A stretch of DNA of 60,447 bases from a virus (lineage: Duplodnaviria; Caudoviricetes), in IMG/VR virus record IMGVR_UViG_3300031885_000015, positions 1 through 60,447 of that record, one strand, 5' to 3'. This document shows positions 8,185-17,622 of the stretch, piece after piece (within the stretch, counting starts at the first letter, position 1; every line of letters begins with the position of its first letter). The notes beneath the pieces were generated by a model, which had not been told where the DNA came from, searched no databases, and saw only the letters and a list, made by a program, of their open reading frames with translations. The translations under genes were made by a program, and so were the position numbers.

Positions 8185-10470
8185 CTACCTTGTAGACCAC
8201 CGGATTGCCTCCTGAGTGTTATACTCAGTGCGAAGGGGGGAATCCTTTAGCACCACCCCCAAGAAGCATAGAGTGGATACTGTACGAACCATCCTAGGCC
8301 CTTTCTGAATTCCAGCTACTCGGACTCGCTTGCCAAACTCAATCTGCCCTACAGGCTTTAGGCCACCCTCTCCACACCACTCAGAGTACACACGGTACAA
8401 CGATGCTGCTACCAGCTGGGTCTCAGCTCCGACGTGAGGTACCATGTTAAGACAGGAATAGACGAAGCCTAGGACGCTATCGTTCTCCATGCGATAGTCA
8501 AGTGCAGCTTGCTCCATGACTGCGCCAGTAGTGAAGACGTTGTTGGTGTGCAGTCTTTGTAGACCTTTGACCGCCCAGCACAGTAGGGCAGACAGAGCCT
8601 CTGGTGTACCCATAGCTGACAAGAGCTTCTGCTTAAACCTTGGGTCTACTGGGAAAACACGAGGGAACTCGACAAACCTCCACCTCGAGTACCATCCCTC
8701 GGATCTGTCTGCGACTCTCGGAAGAACGTTTGCGCTAAATATAAGGCGCACTACGGGAGTGAAGTCAAATGAGCGGCCATGCTTGTATTCTCCACGAATG
8801 GTGTCGCCAGCAATGACAGCCTTCAGTAGCCCGGTCTCATCAAGGTACTTTGGGTCAATATCGCCACACAGATTCACCAGCTTATCCTGAAGATAGGCCG
8901 TCTCGAATCTGTCAGCAATTCTATGCAATGGAATGGAGACCATGTGAGAGCCCAACAAGCCTTTGAAGACATCCAGAAAGAGCGATTTGCCGTTTGATCC
9001 CTCTCCGTACAAAAACACAGCAGTCCGGAAAGATGCGTCTGGGATCAGGCAGAGCCCTACAAACTCCTGGAGGAATGCCCTTGAGCTAGCATCTGGAATC
9101 CATTCAGCCATTACCGAGTTCCAGGTTTTGTAGGGTTCACTGTCGTCTGCCCCTTCTGGTACCCAGACTGCCGGCAGCTTGACAGTAGAGTTGGAGGAGG
9201 GATCCCAAGGACTAAGCTTTTCCGTTTCCCACTCCAGCATACCATTGGTAACATAGACTCGCTTAAGGTCGGGATGCTTGCCGATATCGAAGACGTCATC
9301 GTGCTTCTCGTCAGAGAGGTAGCTCCTCAAAGCGTCAATAACTTCGCTTACACAATGACTGCTGTCCCAGCTTGGGTTCCTTGCCACTAGTTGATGTCTA
9401 ACATCCTGCTCTGCGAACACTAGGTCGTAGGGAGCCCAAGGACCGCGTGTCACATCACACCGGTAGAACATACCTTGGCCCACAATATACTTCCATTTGA
9501 AGCCCTTTGCTTCCTGAGTAGCAATAAACAACTCGGCAAGAGGTAGAGGCCGGAGTACTTCTCCTACTGAGCTCTTCTTCTTGGCTCGCCCAGCTCGCTT
9601 CATTTGCTCCGACATAGCTATGGCTTCGACAATTGTTTCTATTTCCTTGTCCTCGAGAGGTGGGACGCAATGGTTCTCGTTCCATACCTTTAGGAAAGCC
9701 AGCGCTTCAGCCTTCGCTATCGGTCTAGAAAGGAGAGAACCAGCCAACCTTGTGAGATGGTTGTTACGCCCTCCCTCTAGAACGGTGGTTTGCCACTCCT
9801 CCTGCTCTACCAGCGGGCTCTGGGTTGGAGTAGGTCCAGGTATATACCCTGGGAGGGTCTCAACCTCTGCTGTCTTGGAAGTAAGTAGTACTCGTCTAAG
9901 AAGCCACTCTGGAGCTGCGGCTATCTCGACGTCCTCAGGGTTCCTTCCTGGTACCCATGCGTACTGCTTGCCGTTCGCGTGCATGGAAGGAGGTAGAACA
10001 GTCTGCTGTCCAGTAGCAAGCAGAGCTAGTTCTTCGTGCTTGCTACCTCCTTGTAGGGTAAACTTCTTGGTAGGAGCTCCTTCAGGCAGTCGATACAAGA
10101 GGCGCCTGCCATCTCCTGTTTTGAATTCCCATGTGACTGGAAGGTCTCCTTCACTTTGCTCCTGCAAGAGGGTCTCTCCAGCATCTCCATCCACGTCAAT
10201 GCCGATGATTCTAGAGACGTCTCCTAGAACTAGACCTATATTTACATAGGGGTTTCTTGCAAACCACACCTGGACTTCGTTATCAGAAGGTACTCCACGA
10301 CTTGTCCATTGAGCTAGAAGGGGAGTCTTACCTGGCCGAGAGCATTTCTGTTGGTGGCTAGGTCCCATCCCTCTGTGGTCTGGAGGGCAGATAGGAATAA
10401 TAGGTAGCTTAAGTCGTATGTAGCCAAGGGCCGCTTGAAGCATAGGTAGACCAGGAGCGTCCACAGGCAT
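8185..10470 (-). CDS. Bifunctional prim-pol/PriCT/SF3 (D5-like) primase-helicase
   Basis: NIGL..IDVD prim-pol motifs, EGGRNN PriCT motif, Walker A GEGSNGKS. Confidence 0.92.
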   Translation of the reverse strand: MPVDAPGLPMLQAALGYIRLKLPIIPICPPDHRGMGPSHQQKCSRPGKTPLLAQWTSRGVPSDNEVQVWFARNPYVNIGLVLGDVSRIIGIDVDGDAGETLLQEQSEGDLPVTWEFKTGDGRRLLYRLPEGAPTKKFTLQGGSKHEELALLATGQQTVLPPSMHANGKQYAWVPGRNPEDVEIAAAPEWLLRRVLLTSKTAEVETLPGYIPGPTPTQSPLVEQEEWQTTVLEGGRNNHLTRLAGSLLSRPIAKAEALAFLKVWNENHCVPPLEDKEIETIVEAIAMSEQMKRAGRAKKKSSVGEVLRPLPLAELFIATQEAKGFKWKYIVGQGMFYRCDVTRGPWAPYDLVFAEQDVRHQLVARNPSWDSSHCVSEVIDALRSYLSDEKHDDVFDIGKHPDLKRVYVTNGMLEWETEKLSPWDPSSNSTVKLPAVWVPEGADDSEPYKTWNSVMAEWIPDASSRAFLQEFVGLCLIPDASFRTAVFLYGEGSNGKSLFLDVFKGLLGSHMVSIPLHRIADRFETAYLQDKLVNLCGDIDPKYLDETGLLKAVIAGDTIRGEYKHGRSFDFTPVVRLIFSANVLPRVADRSEGWYSRWRFVEFPRVFPVDPRFKQKLLSAMGTPEALSALLCWAVKGLQRLHTNNVFTTGAVMEQAALDYRMENDSVLGFVYSCLNMVPHVGAETQLVAASLYRVYSEWCGEGGLKPVGQIEFGKRVRVAGIQKGPRMVRTVSTLCFLGVVLKDSPLRTEYNTQEAIRWSTR

Positions 10471-10559
10471 ACACTAGCCTCCCTCTAAGACGAATTCAAA
10501 AGTGGTTCTGCGAACACTAGGAAGTACTGCGGTTAGTACAATCCGAGCTAACGTGAAGC

Positions 10560-11603
10560 CTATATTCGGCACTCATGAGGGTTCTTGTCAGGGTGCATGC
10601 AGATAAAGGCTGGGTGGCGGTATGATCCATCTCGGGTTATCTCCATCGCGCGGATCTTCGCCACTTGTCCTACGTACCTACTTGGGTTCTCAGTGAATTC
10701 CTGTCGCTGCTGCTCGGTCATGCCAGAGCAAGCGCTGATCCTTACTAGGCTACCCTCTGCGTCGTACTTACCTAGAATGATCGAGCCAATCCACCCGAAG
10801 TGGTAATACTTTGTCACTGGAATACCAACACACCAGTAGGGCCATCCCTCAACGTTCTTTCCAGTATACACCCTCTCGGGCGGTTCGAACCCCATGACGA
10901 TGGCATCATCCTCGCACTCAGCCTTTACCTTGATCCAGTTCCACATGGGGCGCGTGCCTGGTACGTACAGTCCACTCAAGCTTTTGAGAACGATCCCTTC
11001 TCTCCCCTGATCTAGCAGATCCTGGAGAAACCTAGACTTGTCCTCGGTGACTACTGGGTTTAGCTGGATGTACTCGTTTCTAGGCACTATTGTGCTGTAG
11101 AGTCGCTCTAGAAGCTGGCGACGCTTGTGCCAGGGCTGATCGAGCATCCAGTCTCCGCCTGGAGCTCGAAGGACGTCAAAAATTGTGTAGTGGACGAAGC
11201 CACCACGTTCCTGTCGGCGTACCGCCTCCCTTGGTAGGCATCCTGATATCGAAGTAACGTCCTGAGACTTGCCTCCAGGAATGCATATCTCTCCATCCAG
11301 GATGAGCTGGGGCCATCCTAGTTTTGAGAGGGCAGTTGCGAGGTGAGCGAAGTGAGGTGTCTTTTCGACAGGAAGGCCTGTTGACTCTCCGTCTCTCGTC
11401 TTGATGTGAGTACTGAAGAATCGACCTCGGATAAAGAGATAGTGAGACCCGTCGATCTTAGGTTCCGCCACGTACCGAGAGCTCAGAAGCACCTGATCTA
11501 GCCTAGCTCGGTGGGCAGGGTTATCTCTGCTAACCTTGCAAGGCTTCATGACTTCGAGAACCCTGTCAAACGGATAGGGCGCCCACTCCGACGGAGTTGG
11601 CAC
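10560..11603 (-). CDS. lig: ATP-dependent DNA ligase
   Basis: EPKIDG, ILDGE, FDVL, EGIVLK, WIKVK; AAGGAG RBS before GTG 11603. Confidence 0.92.
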   Translation of the reverse strand: MPTPSEWAPYPFDRVLEVMKPCKVSRDNPAHRARLDQVLLSSRYVAEPKIDGSHYLFIRGRFFSTHIKTRDGESTGLPVEKTPHFAHLATALSKLGWPQLILDGEICIPGGKSQDVTSISGCLPREAVRRQERGGFVHYTIFDVLRAPGGDWMLDQPWHKRRQLLERLYSTIVPRNEYIQLNPVVTEDKSRFLQDLLDQGREGIVLKSLSGLYVPGTRPMWNWIKVKAECEDDAIVMGFEPPERVYTGKNVEGWPYWCVGIPVTKYYHFGWIGSIILGKYDAEGSLVRISACSGMTEQQRQEFTENPSRYVGQVAKIRAMEITRDGSYRHPAFICMHPDKNPHECRI

Positions 11604-11784
11604 GACTGTCGCTCTCCTTTTCCAATGTAGTGGCAGGGTTAGCACTAATCTCGAAGTAGCTCGCTAGAGCCATAGCGACTGCGGCACGCAGACTAAGTCC
11701 TCTTTCTGCAGCAGCAGCTTTCACACGGTTATGGAATGGTACGTCCAGATAGACCGCGAGAACCTTCTTGCCGTTGCCAGTCAC
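11566..11784 (-). CDS. Ribbon-helix-helix regulator
   Basis: VLAVYLDVPFHNRVKAAAAERGLSLRAAVAMAL. Confidence 0.75.
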   Translation of the reverse strand: MTGNGKKVLAVYLDVPFHNRVKAAAAERGLSLRAAVAMALASYFEISANPATTLEKESDSRANSVGVGALSV

Positions 11785-11830
11785 CTTGCTCCCCTCCTCT
11801 CTACATCCGTAGATTTTAGCCTCTACTACT

Positions 11831-12009
11831 ATTATACACGATTTTGAGATGTAAAGTCAACAAGCACACTACGTTCAAAAAAGTAAAAAAAAGAAAGGAA
11901 GCTTGTAGGAGAGGGTCTGAGGGGCGTGCTAAGCAAAAAGTGAGTGTTAGTTGTGCCAGAATAAAATTTCAAGACCATCTTGACTTTACATCTCTGAATA
12001 AGGGATAAT
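11831..12009. promoter_or_regulatory. Divergent sigmaA-like promoter pair
   Basis: TTGACT-18-TATAAT (minus, 11831-11860) and TTGACT-18-GATAAT (plus, 11980-12009); both contain TTGACTTTACATCTC. Confidence 0.75.
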
Positions 12010-12041
12010 AAAGGTAGAGAGTAGGGAAAGGTGGCGGGGAC

Positions 12042-12458
12042 ATGAGTGAGCCCGTCAAGCAGAACCAGCTTAGTGGCGAGTTCGTAGAAGACATACTGAT
12101 AAAGCTGAAGTCCCTGAAGCTGAGTTCCCTCTCGATTACCTTTCAGAGGATCTGTCGTGAAGGGGACAGCTGGGCAGTAGTCATAGAAGGGACAGATCCC
12201 GTTGGAGGCGGGCGGCCCTATGGGGCCTATCCTCCAGGAGTCATGGACTCTGACAAGGATCCCCTCGTAGCCCTCACGTATGCTGAGATGAGTGGTGGTA
12301 GTGCTAGAGGGCTAGCGGCGTCCTTGAGACTTGCGACACAGAGTTTCCTGAATTCTTATGTCGCCCTGCTGCAGAAGTACGAAGGCAAACTTATGGAGGA
12401 TCTTGAGGACCTCCACTGCGAGATCTCTGCGAGTACAGTGAGGCAGGCGACCAAGTAG
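12042..12458 (+). CDS. Hypothetical protein
   Basis: First ORF after a promoter. Confidence 0.7.
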   Translation: MSEPVKQNQLSGEFVEDILIKLKSLKLSSLSITFQRICREGDSWAVVIEGTDPVGGGRPYGAYPPGVMDSDKDPLVALTYAEMSGGSARGLAASLRLATQSFLNSYVALLQKYEGKLMEDLEDLHCEISASTVRQATK

Positions 12459-12555
12459 TCACGTCTGAGTTCAGCTTGTATCGCTCTGAGTCTTGGCTGC
12501 ATCGCTCTGAGTCCAGCTTGTATCATAATGATCTGAATACGGAGGAGGAAGAGAC

Positions 12556-13272
12556 GTGAATGACGTGAATGACGTGAATGACGTGAATGACGAGAAGGAA
12601 GAGGTCAAGGAGCCGAAGAAGCTGTATCACCTCAAGGATGGTACGGAAGGGTCACGGAGCGCGTATATCCGACAGGAGTTCCTGAGTAACCGGCCTCGTG
12701 GCGACATCGCTAGGGAGCTTGGAGTGTCCTACGCAGTAGTCTACGCGGCTACTGCCAACATGCACAACGAGCTCACGGAAGGCCATCCTGGTCGTGGCGT
12801 AGGACGCGGCGTGATCATGGAGGATGGACGGTCTCGTGCGGAGCATATGCGCGAGATGCTCCAGCAAGGGAAGACCCGTGGTGAGATCGCCAAGCACTTC
12901 AAGTGTCCTTACGCCACGGTGTACGCAGCCACGAAGGAGCTGCTCGCCGAGGGTAAGGAAGGAGCTCGGACTCACAGGGGCAAGGTCGTCATCACTCTCG
13001 AAGATGGCAGCTCGATTGGACGTGCGGAGCATATCCGCGCGCTCCATGCAGCAGGCAAAAGTCGCAGAGAGATAGCCGACGAGCTCAGCTGCGACTACGC
13101 CATCGTGTGGGCTGCCACCAAGAAGCCGCATTCGGAGGGCGCTGAGGTCAGCGAAGCTAGTGAAGCTAGCGGGGCTAGTGAAGCTAGTGAAGCTGACAAC
13201 AGCAACGAAGCTGATGCTGACGGCGACGACGATGTGGATGAGGCCGACGTTGACGACGTCGACGAGAAGTAA
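12556..13272 (+). CDS. Triple-HTH protein with acidic tail (paralog 4)
   Basis: Three R(S/A)..(I/M)R......R.(E/D)IA.....YA.V(Y/W)AAT repeats; D/E-rich C-terminus. Confidence 0.85.
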   Translation: MNDVNDVNDVNDEKEEVKEPKKLYHLKDGTEGSRSAYIRQEFLSNRPRGDIARELGVSYAVVYAATANMHNELTEGHPGRGVGRGVIMEDGRSRAEHMREMLQQGKTRGEIAKHFKCPYATVYAATKELLAEGKEGARTHRGKVVITLEDGSSIGRAEHIRALHAAGKSRREIADELSCDYAIVWAATKKPHSEGAEVSEASEASGASEASEADNSNEADADGDDDVDEADVDDVDEK

Positions 13273-13289
13273 GCTGACTTGACATCTTT

Positions 13290-13485
13290 GGTTGCCAGTA
13301 GTGGGTGGGCTAGGAAGTGGCATACTGTAGCCTAGAGCTATGATAAGCCACGCCGCACGGCTGTCTACGTGTGGACGCCTACCAGGGAAACTGGGTGGCG
13401 GCCCTACCCACCCACATGGCAGCCTGAAGAGGTCCTCAGGTAAGGTCTTCGTGTGGGGTTCTTATTTGGTACCCGAGATGACCTC
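13290..13485 (+). ncRNA. Candidate structured RNA upstream of the HNH gene
   Basis: Nested 8+9+4-bp outer helix (13290-13424) enclosing three hairpins, followed by a second hairpin. Confidence 0.45.
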
Positions 13486-13524
13486 GTAGTAGTGAGTCTC
13501 ATCAAGGAGGGAGGGACTGCTGGG

Positions 13525-14121
13525 ATGCCAGATGCTTCAAGAGACCTACCAGAAGGATCGAAAGCGTGTAGCCACTGTGGGGTCGTAAAGCCTCACATAG
13601 AGTTCTCGAAGCGTAGCGCTTCTAAGGATGGCCTTTCGTATACATGCAAGCAATGTGAAAGGATAGTTGCTAAGCAGAGCTACGAAAGGCTAAAGGCATC
13701 CGGAGGATCCCCCTCAAGGAAGGGCTACTACAAGAGACATAGAGAAAAGCACCTTGTTCGATGCCAGAATGATTATATCAAGCACAGGGAGGCAAGATTA
13801 GAGCAGTGTCGGGTGTACCGACAGGAACATCCAGAGGTAGGTAGAGAGGCTGGAGCTCGAAGGCGGAAGCGTATCCGCCGAGCCAGGCAAGTTTACTCCC
13901 GCGAAGCTGTCATTGAGAGGGACAGTGTAGACGGAGTTCCAATTTGTCAGATCTGCATGAAGCCTTGTGGTCCTGAGGATCTGTGGCTCGATCATGTTAT
14001 TCCGTTGAGCGCAGGAGGCAAGGACGTACTCGGGAATGTTCGGGTAACCCATAAGCGGTGCAATCTGGCTCGGCCCAAAGATGGACGTGATCTCAAGCGC
14101 CCTCGGCTCGTTAGGAAATAG
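13525..14121 (+). CDS. HNH endonuclease with N-terminal Zn finger
   Basis: CSHC..KDGL..CKQC; CQIC..LDHVIPLSAGG..N..HKRCN. Confidence 0.9.
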   Translation: MPDASRDLPEGSKACSHCGVVKPHIEFSKRSASKDGLSYTCKQCERIVAKQSYERLKASGGSPSRKGYYKRHREKHLVRCQNDYIKHREARLEQCRVYRQEHPEVGREAGARRRKRIRRARQVYSREAVIERDSVDGVPICQICMKPCGPEDLWLDHVIPLSAGGKDVLGNVRVTHKRCNLARPKDGRDLKRPRLVRK

Positions 14122-14234
14122 ATCTTGCAAATGGACTGGTTCGTTCGCCAGAGCCGGGTGTGATAGTAACTTCGTCACCAGCTCGAGGAGAGTCGTGGGG
14201 GCCTGACAATGCCGAAGCTTAGGAGGGGCTTGAG

Positions 14235-14489
14235 GTGTGGGGGACTGTTAGGGTGCGCTGGGCTTGTGGAAAGGTTGAGGAAGTACGTTACTTCAACCCC
14301 TTCGCTCCAGGCACAAAAGTCTGGAATAATTCGAACTACTGCCCTCGTCGTTTGGAGCTCCAAGGTAAGGGAAAGCAATGTAAGTGGCTTCATCTGTTCG
14401 ACTCTAATCTTGCCTTCCTGAAGAAGGGTTCAGCACCAAAGGGCATGGGAAGCGAGTATTATGCCTGCCCCGGTAAGGTTCTCAAGTAG
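14235..14489 (+). CDS. Hypothetical protein
   Basis: AGGAGG upstream; ORF track. Confidence 0.5.
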   Translation: MWGTVRVRWACGKVEEVRYFNPFAPGTKVWNNSNYCPRRLELQGKGKQCKWLHLFDSNLAFLKKGSAPKGMGSEYYACPGKVLK

Positions 14490-14502
14490 AGGAGGCATAC
14501 TG

Positions 14503-14928
14503 ATGAGTAGGTCAGTACCAGGTTCTGTAAGGTCCCTAGAATCATCCAGGGAGATCCCGGTGACGCAGCTAGATCGGCTCACAAAGAGGGTAGCTCGGGA
14601 GCTCCGTTCTTGTCCCTTCCAGGGCTGGGGGGTGCTCCTTCAGTGGATAGGGGAGCGGGTACGGGTCCAATGGGCCCCTAAGCCTAAGGAGGTAACTCAG
14701 TACGGCCCAGCAGGAGAGCAAAATTGTCTGTGGTGGCCACGAGATGCCTTTGCTACCGAGCAGGGCGTGCGACAGTCCCTTCAGATGTGGATAGATGCTA
14801 CAGCTACTGCACGAGCCGCAGCCGCAGCCGCCGAAGCTACCACACTGGTAGCAACCAATGAGAGCCTTAAGGCTATCTTGGAAGGTGATGAGAGCCTTAA
14901 GGTCGTCCTGGAGAGTGAGCCGAAGTGA
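14503..14928 (+). CDS. Hypothetical protein
   Basis: GAGGAGG RBS. Confidence 0.6.
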   Translation: MSRSVPGSVRSLESSREIPVTQLDRLTKRVARELRSCPFQGWGVLLQWIGERVRVQWAPKPKEVTQYGPAGEQNCLWWPRDAFATEQGVRQSLQMWIDATATARAAAAAAEATTLVATNESLKAILEGDESLKVVLESEPK

Positions 14929-15113
14929 CACGTTTGAGTACTATTTGCTACTTCGCCTGGTACAGATAGTAGCGAGGTAGCTGTTCGAGCTTGAGAATAG
15001 CTGTTCCTTAAGGCTTGGGCTGCGATAAGGAGGATGAGTGGTCGTCATAGCACTAGACTCTGCGTGCTCTGTCACAGATGGCTGGTGGAGATGACCAACA
15101 GGGAGGTATTCTC

Positions 15114-15617
15114 GTGAAGAAGTGGCGCAGGAGTCACATGCTCATCCTGGTTATCGCGGTCCTGCTGGCAGTGATCTGTAGTGGGTGCTCAGAAAGATCA
15201 CCTGGGGTGCCCAAGCCGGACGTTCCAGCTACTCCAGCTGCTCCAACTACTCCAGCAGAATACGAGTTCGTGACCCTAGAGGTCAACAGGGTGACCTACG
15301 AGTATGGCATCCTCAAAGTGCTTGGCACCATCCACAACGACGGCCACACTGCTATACCTAACCCTGAGATCCACCTCATGGTTTACGACAGCACCAGGGT
15401 ACTTCTGAATGATGATGTGACCTGGGCGGCCGGACGAGTGTTTGACAGGATGGAGCCAGGTGCACGCTGGGCATTCGAAGCTATCAGCTTCGTGTGTGGG
15501 GCACCTAGTGGGCATCCGAGTCCACCCTGGGATACTGCAGCAAACGAGCCAACCAACTTCGATTGGGAGCTCGTCACCTATAGCGTAAAGTCCCAGACAG
15601 TCATGGCTCTGAAGTAG
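15114..15617 (+). CDS. Lipoprotein with FxLYD-like domain
   Basis: Basic/hydrophobic signal ending SGC; VLGTIHNDG..LMVYD..MEPG.RWAF. Confidence 0.7.
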   Translation: MKKWRRSHMLILVIAVLLAVICSGCSERSPGVPKPDVPATPAAPTTPAEYEFVTLEVNRVTYEYGILKVLGTIHNDGHTAIPNPEIHLMVYDSTRVLLNDDVTWAAGRVFDRMEPGARWAFEAISFVCGAPSGHPSPPWDTAANEPTNFDWELVTYSVKSQTVMALK

Positions 15618-15662
15618 ATCTTCGAGGCTATTAGCATTGAGTGGCGAGGGGAGGAAATCAAA

Positions 15663-16070
15663 GTGCCTGATGTTACACCTGTAGTAGCCTTCTCTGAAGA
15701 TCGTCTAGTACCGATTCTGAAGCAGCAAGGGACGGTCTCTAGCTACAGTCTACAGGTTAGTGTGCGACGTGGGGATTGCCCAAAGTGGATCGCGCAGGCA
15801 ATCTTCAGCGGCAGGAGAATCCCTGCTCCGAATACTCCGGAGGGATGTCATAAAGGGTATCGGAACAGCTGCTACTGGGCGATGCTACCACAGGACAACT
15901 ACTCGGTCTGCGCACATGACCGAATGCCTTCTCGTCCTGTCTCTAAGAAGCAGATCGATGAGTACCTCGCTGCGAGGGACAAGAAGGCTGCCGCGGGTGC
16001 GTCAGCAGGTGCATCAGCGGGTGCGTCAGCGGGCGTGGAAGAGGGAGGAGACGATCGGACTCCTTCGTGA
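15663..16070 (+). CDS. Hypothetical protein
   Basis: GGAGG RBS; Cys/His motifs. Confidence 0.6.
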   Translation: MPDVTPVVAFSEDRLVPILKQQGTVSSYSLQVSVRRGDCPKWIAQAIFSGRRIPAPNTPEGCHKGYRNSCYWAMLPQDNYSVCAHDRMPSRPVSKKQIDEYLAARDKKAAAGASAGASAGASAGVEEGGDDRTPS

Positions 16071-16168
16071 TGGACAGGGCTACTGAAGCAGTCTGATACT
16101 TGTGTGATCGGCAGACTGTGTGATTAGCTACCGTACACCCAAGAGGCGACCCTTAAGGGGATAGGCTC

Positions 16169-16660
16169 ATGTCTCGAGAAGCAATACTCTATACTGATGG
16201 TGCCGTACGAGGCAACCCTGGCCCTGCAGGTATAGGCGTTTACCTGTATGATCCCGACACTGGAGAAACCATCGCTGATGGTGGGGAGTACATAGGTGTA
16301 GTTGTGGATGCGAATGTAGCTGAGTATCGAGCGCTGATTCGTGGTTTAGAGATAGCACGCACAGTAGGAGTTACAGCACTCTTAGTTCACCTAGACAGTG
16401 AGCTTGTACTGCATCAAGTCACAGGGCAATATCGCGCCAAGAACGCGACGCTGATTGTACTTCGTGACCAGGTACGGGAGCTGATGCGATCATTTAGGAT
16501 AATCCATCTAGAGTACACACCACGTGCCGCAAACGCACGGGCAGACGCTCGTGCGCAGCAGGCTACCACAGGGCGGCCTGACCCAGCGCTGCCGGTTACA
16601 GTGCGAAGGCCAAGCGCAGCCCTGCTCACCAGTAAGATTGGTGTCCAAGAGGTCATCTAG
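16169..16660 (+). CDS. rnhA: Ribonuclease HI family protein
   Basis: LYTDGAVRGNPGPAG, NVAEYRALIRGL, LDSELV, NARAD. Confidence 0.9.
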   Translation: MSREAILYTDGAVRGNPGPAGIGVYLYDPDTGETIADGGEYIGVVVDANVAEYRALIRGLEIARTVGVTALLVHLDSELVLHQVTGQYRAKNATLIVLRDQVRELMRSFRIIHLEYTPRAANARADARAQQATTGRPDPALPVTVRRPSAALLTSKIGVQEVI

Positions 16661-16906
16661 CTGCATATGATCGTCTCGTTTGTGCAAAGTGAGAGGAGGT
16701 GGGAGTATGTAAATAGCATATAACTCTTGTGCTTCCTCCAAGAGGAGGTCCAAGAGACTGAAGGTGTTCGACGAGTACTGCTATATCGCTCACACACTCA
16801 GGATACGGCCTGACGTATGGAATGGGATGGAACGCCACATCAGGGTGGCGCACAGGGACGCCGGCTGGGGAAACCGGCACGTCAGGCAGAAAGGAGGAGG
16901 TACACC

Positions 16907-17131
16907 GTGATTCTCGTTAGAGTAGGTAAGAGAAACTACTTCGCTCGTGACGAGAGCTGCAAGCAGCGTAGATGTTGGGCTCCTGGTGAATATCAACATC
17001 GTGGAGCCACCGGGGCTAGTGGTTCACGAAATACTGGTGCAGTTAGCAGGGTGTGCCTGACTCACATCTATCAGGGCTGCCCAAAGCTAGACGTTGCCAG
17101 TGTGGTGGAAGGGCAGACACAGCGGACTTAA
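16907..17131 (+). CDS. Hypothetical protein whose 3' end overlaps the tRNA
   Basis: AAAGGAGGAGG RBS. Confidence 0.5.
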   Translation: MILVRVGKRNYFARDESCKQRRCWAPGEYQHRGATGASGSRNTGAVSRVCLTHIYQGCPKLDVASVVEGQTQRT

Positions 17132-17176
17132 AATCCGCCGCCGTAAGGCATCTGGGTTCAAATCCCAGCACTGGCA
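17096..17176 (+). tRNA. tRNA-Leu(UAA), no encoded CCA
   Basis: GCCAGTG/CACTGGC acceptor stem, GCGGA-CTTAAAA-TCCGC anticodon arm, long variable arm, GGTTCAAATCC T-arm. Confidence 0.92.
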
Positions 17177-17261
17177 TTAACGTTTCAGGAACAGCGTGTT
17201 TTGTGGTTGCCTCTCTGGTACTTCAGTGTGGACTTCAGACATTTAAGGAGGAAGTTGTGGC

Positions 17262-17486
17262 ATGGTTGAAGAGGTTAGCTCCCAAGAGGTCGAGCGAATG
17301 AAGCGATGGATAGACACCGCTTCGTACGAGGATCTCCTGCGAAAGCGGCGCTTCGCAGTGAGTGGCGATCCGTTCTTCCAGGGAGAGGTAGGAGATCACT
17401 ACGTGAAGGTCATGAGTGAAAGGCGAGCTGAAGTAGGAGTCGACGAACACGTTCGGATCAGCAAGCTCGTAGGTTGGGAGAGGTAG
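17262..17486 (+). CDS. Hypothetical protein
   Basis: AAGGAGG RBS. Confidence 0.7.
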   Translation: MVEEVSSQEVERMKRWIDTASYEDLLRKRRFAVSGDPFFQGEVGDHYVKVMSERRAEVGVDEHVRISKLVGWER

Positions 17487-17622
17487 GAAAGTCCATGATC
17501 ATTACTTGGCCTCAATGGCTGATGCTTGGTCTCCTCTTACCGATCATCGTCGGAACTGTAGGGCCACTAGTGCATCTCGTCGCAAGGCTGGCGCCGAAGC
17601 AGCATCGTAGGGAGGCCTGACA

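Noticed and set aside
14151-14184. Group II intron domain V (GAGCCG...)
   Set aside because: Pairing does not fit the DV stem-bulge-GNRA pattern; no RT/maturase
13290-14185. Group I intron housing the HNH gene
   Set aside because: No P7 pair (GACUA/UAGUC) found and no interrupted host gene evident
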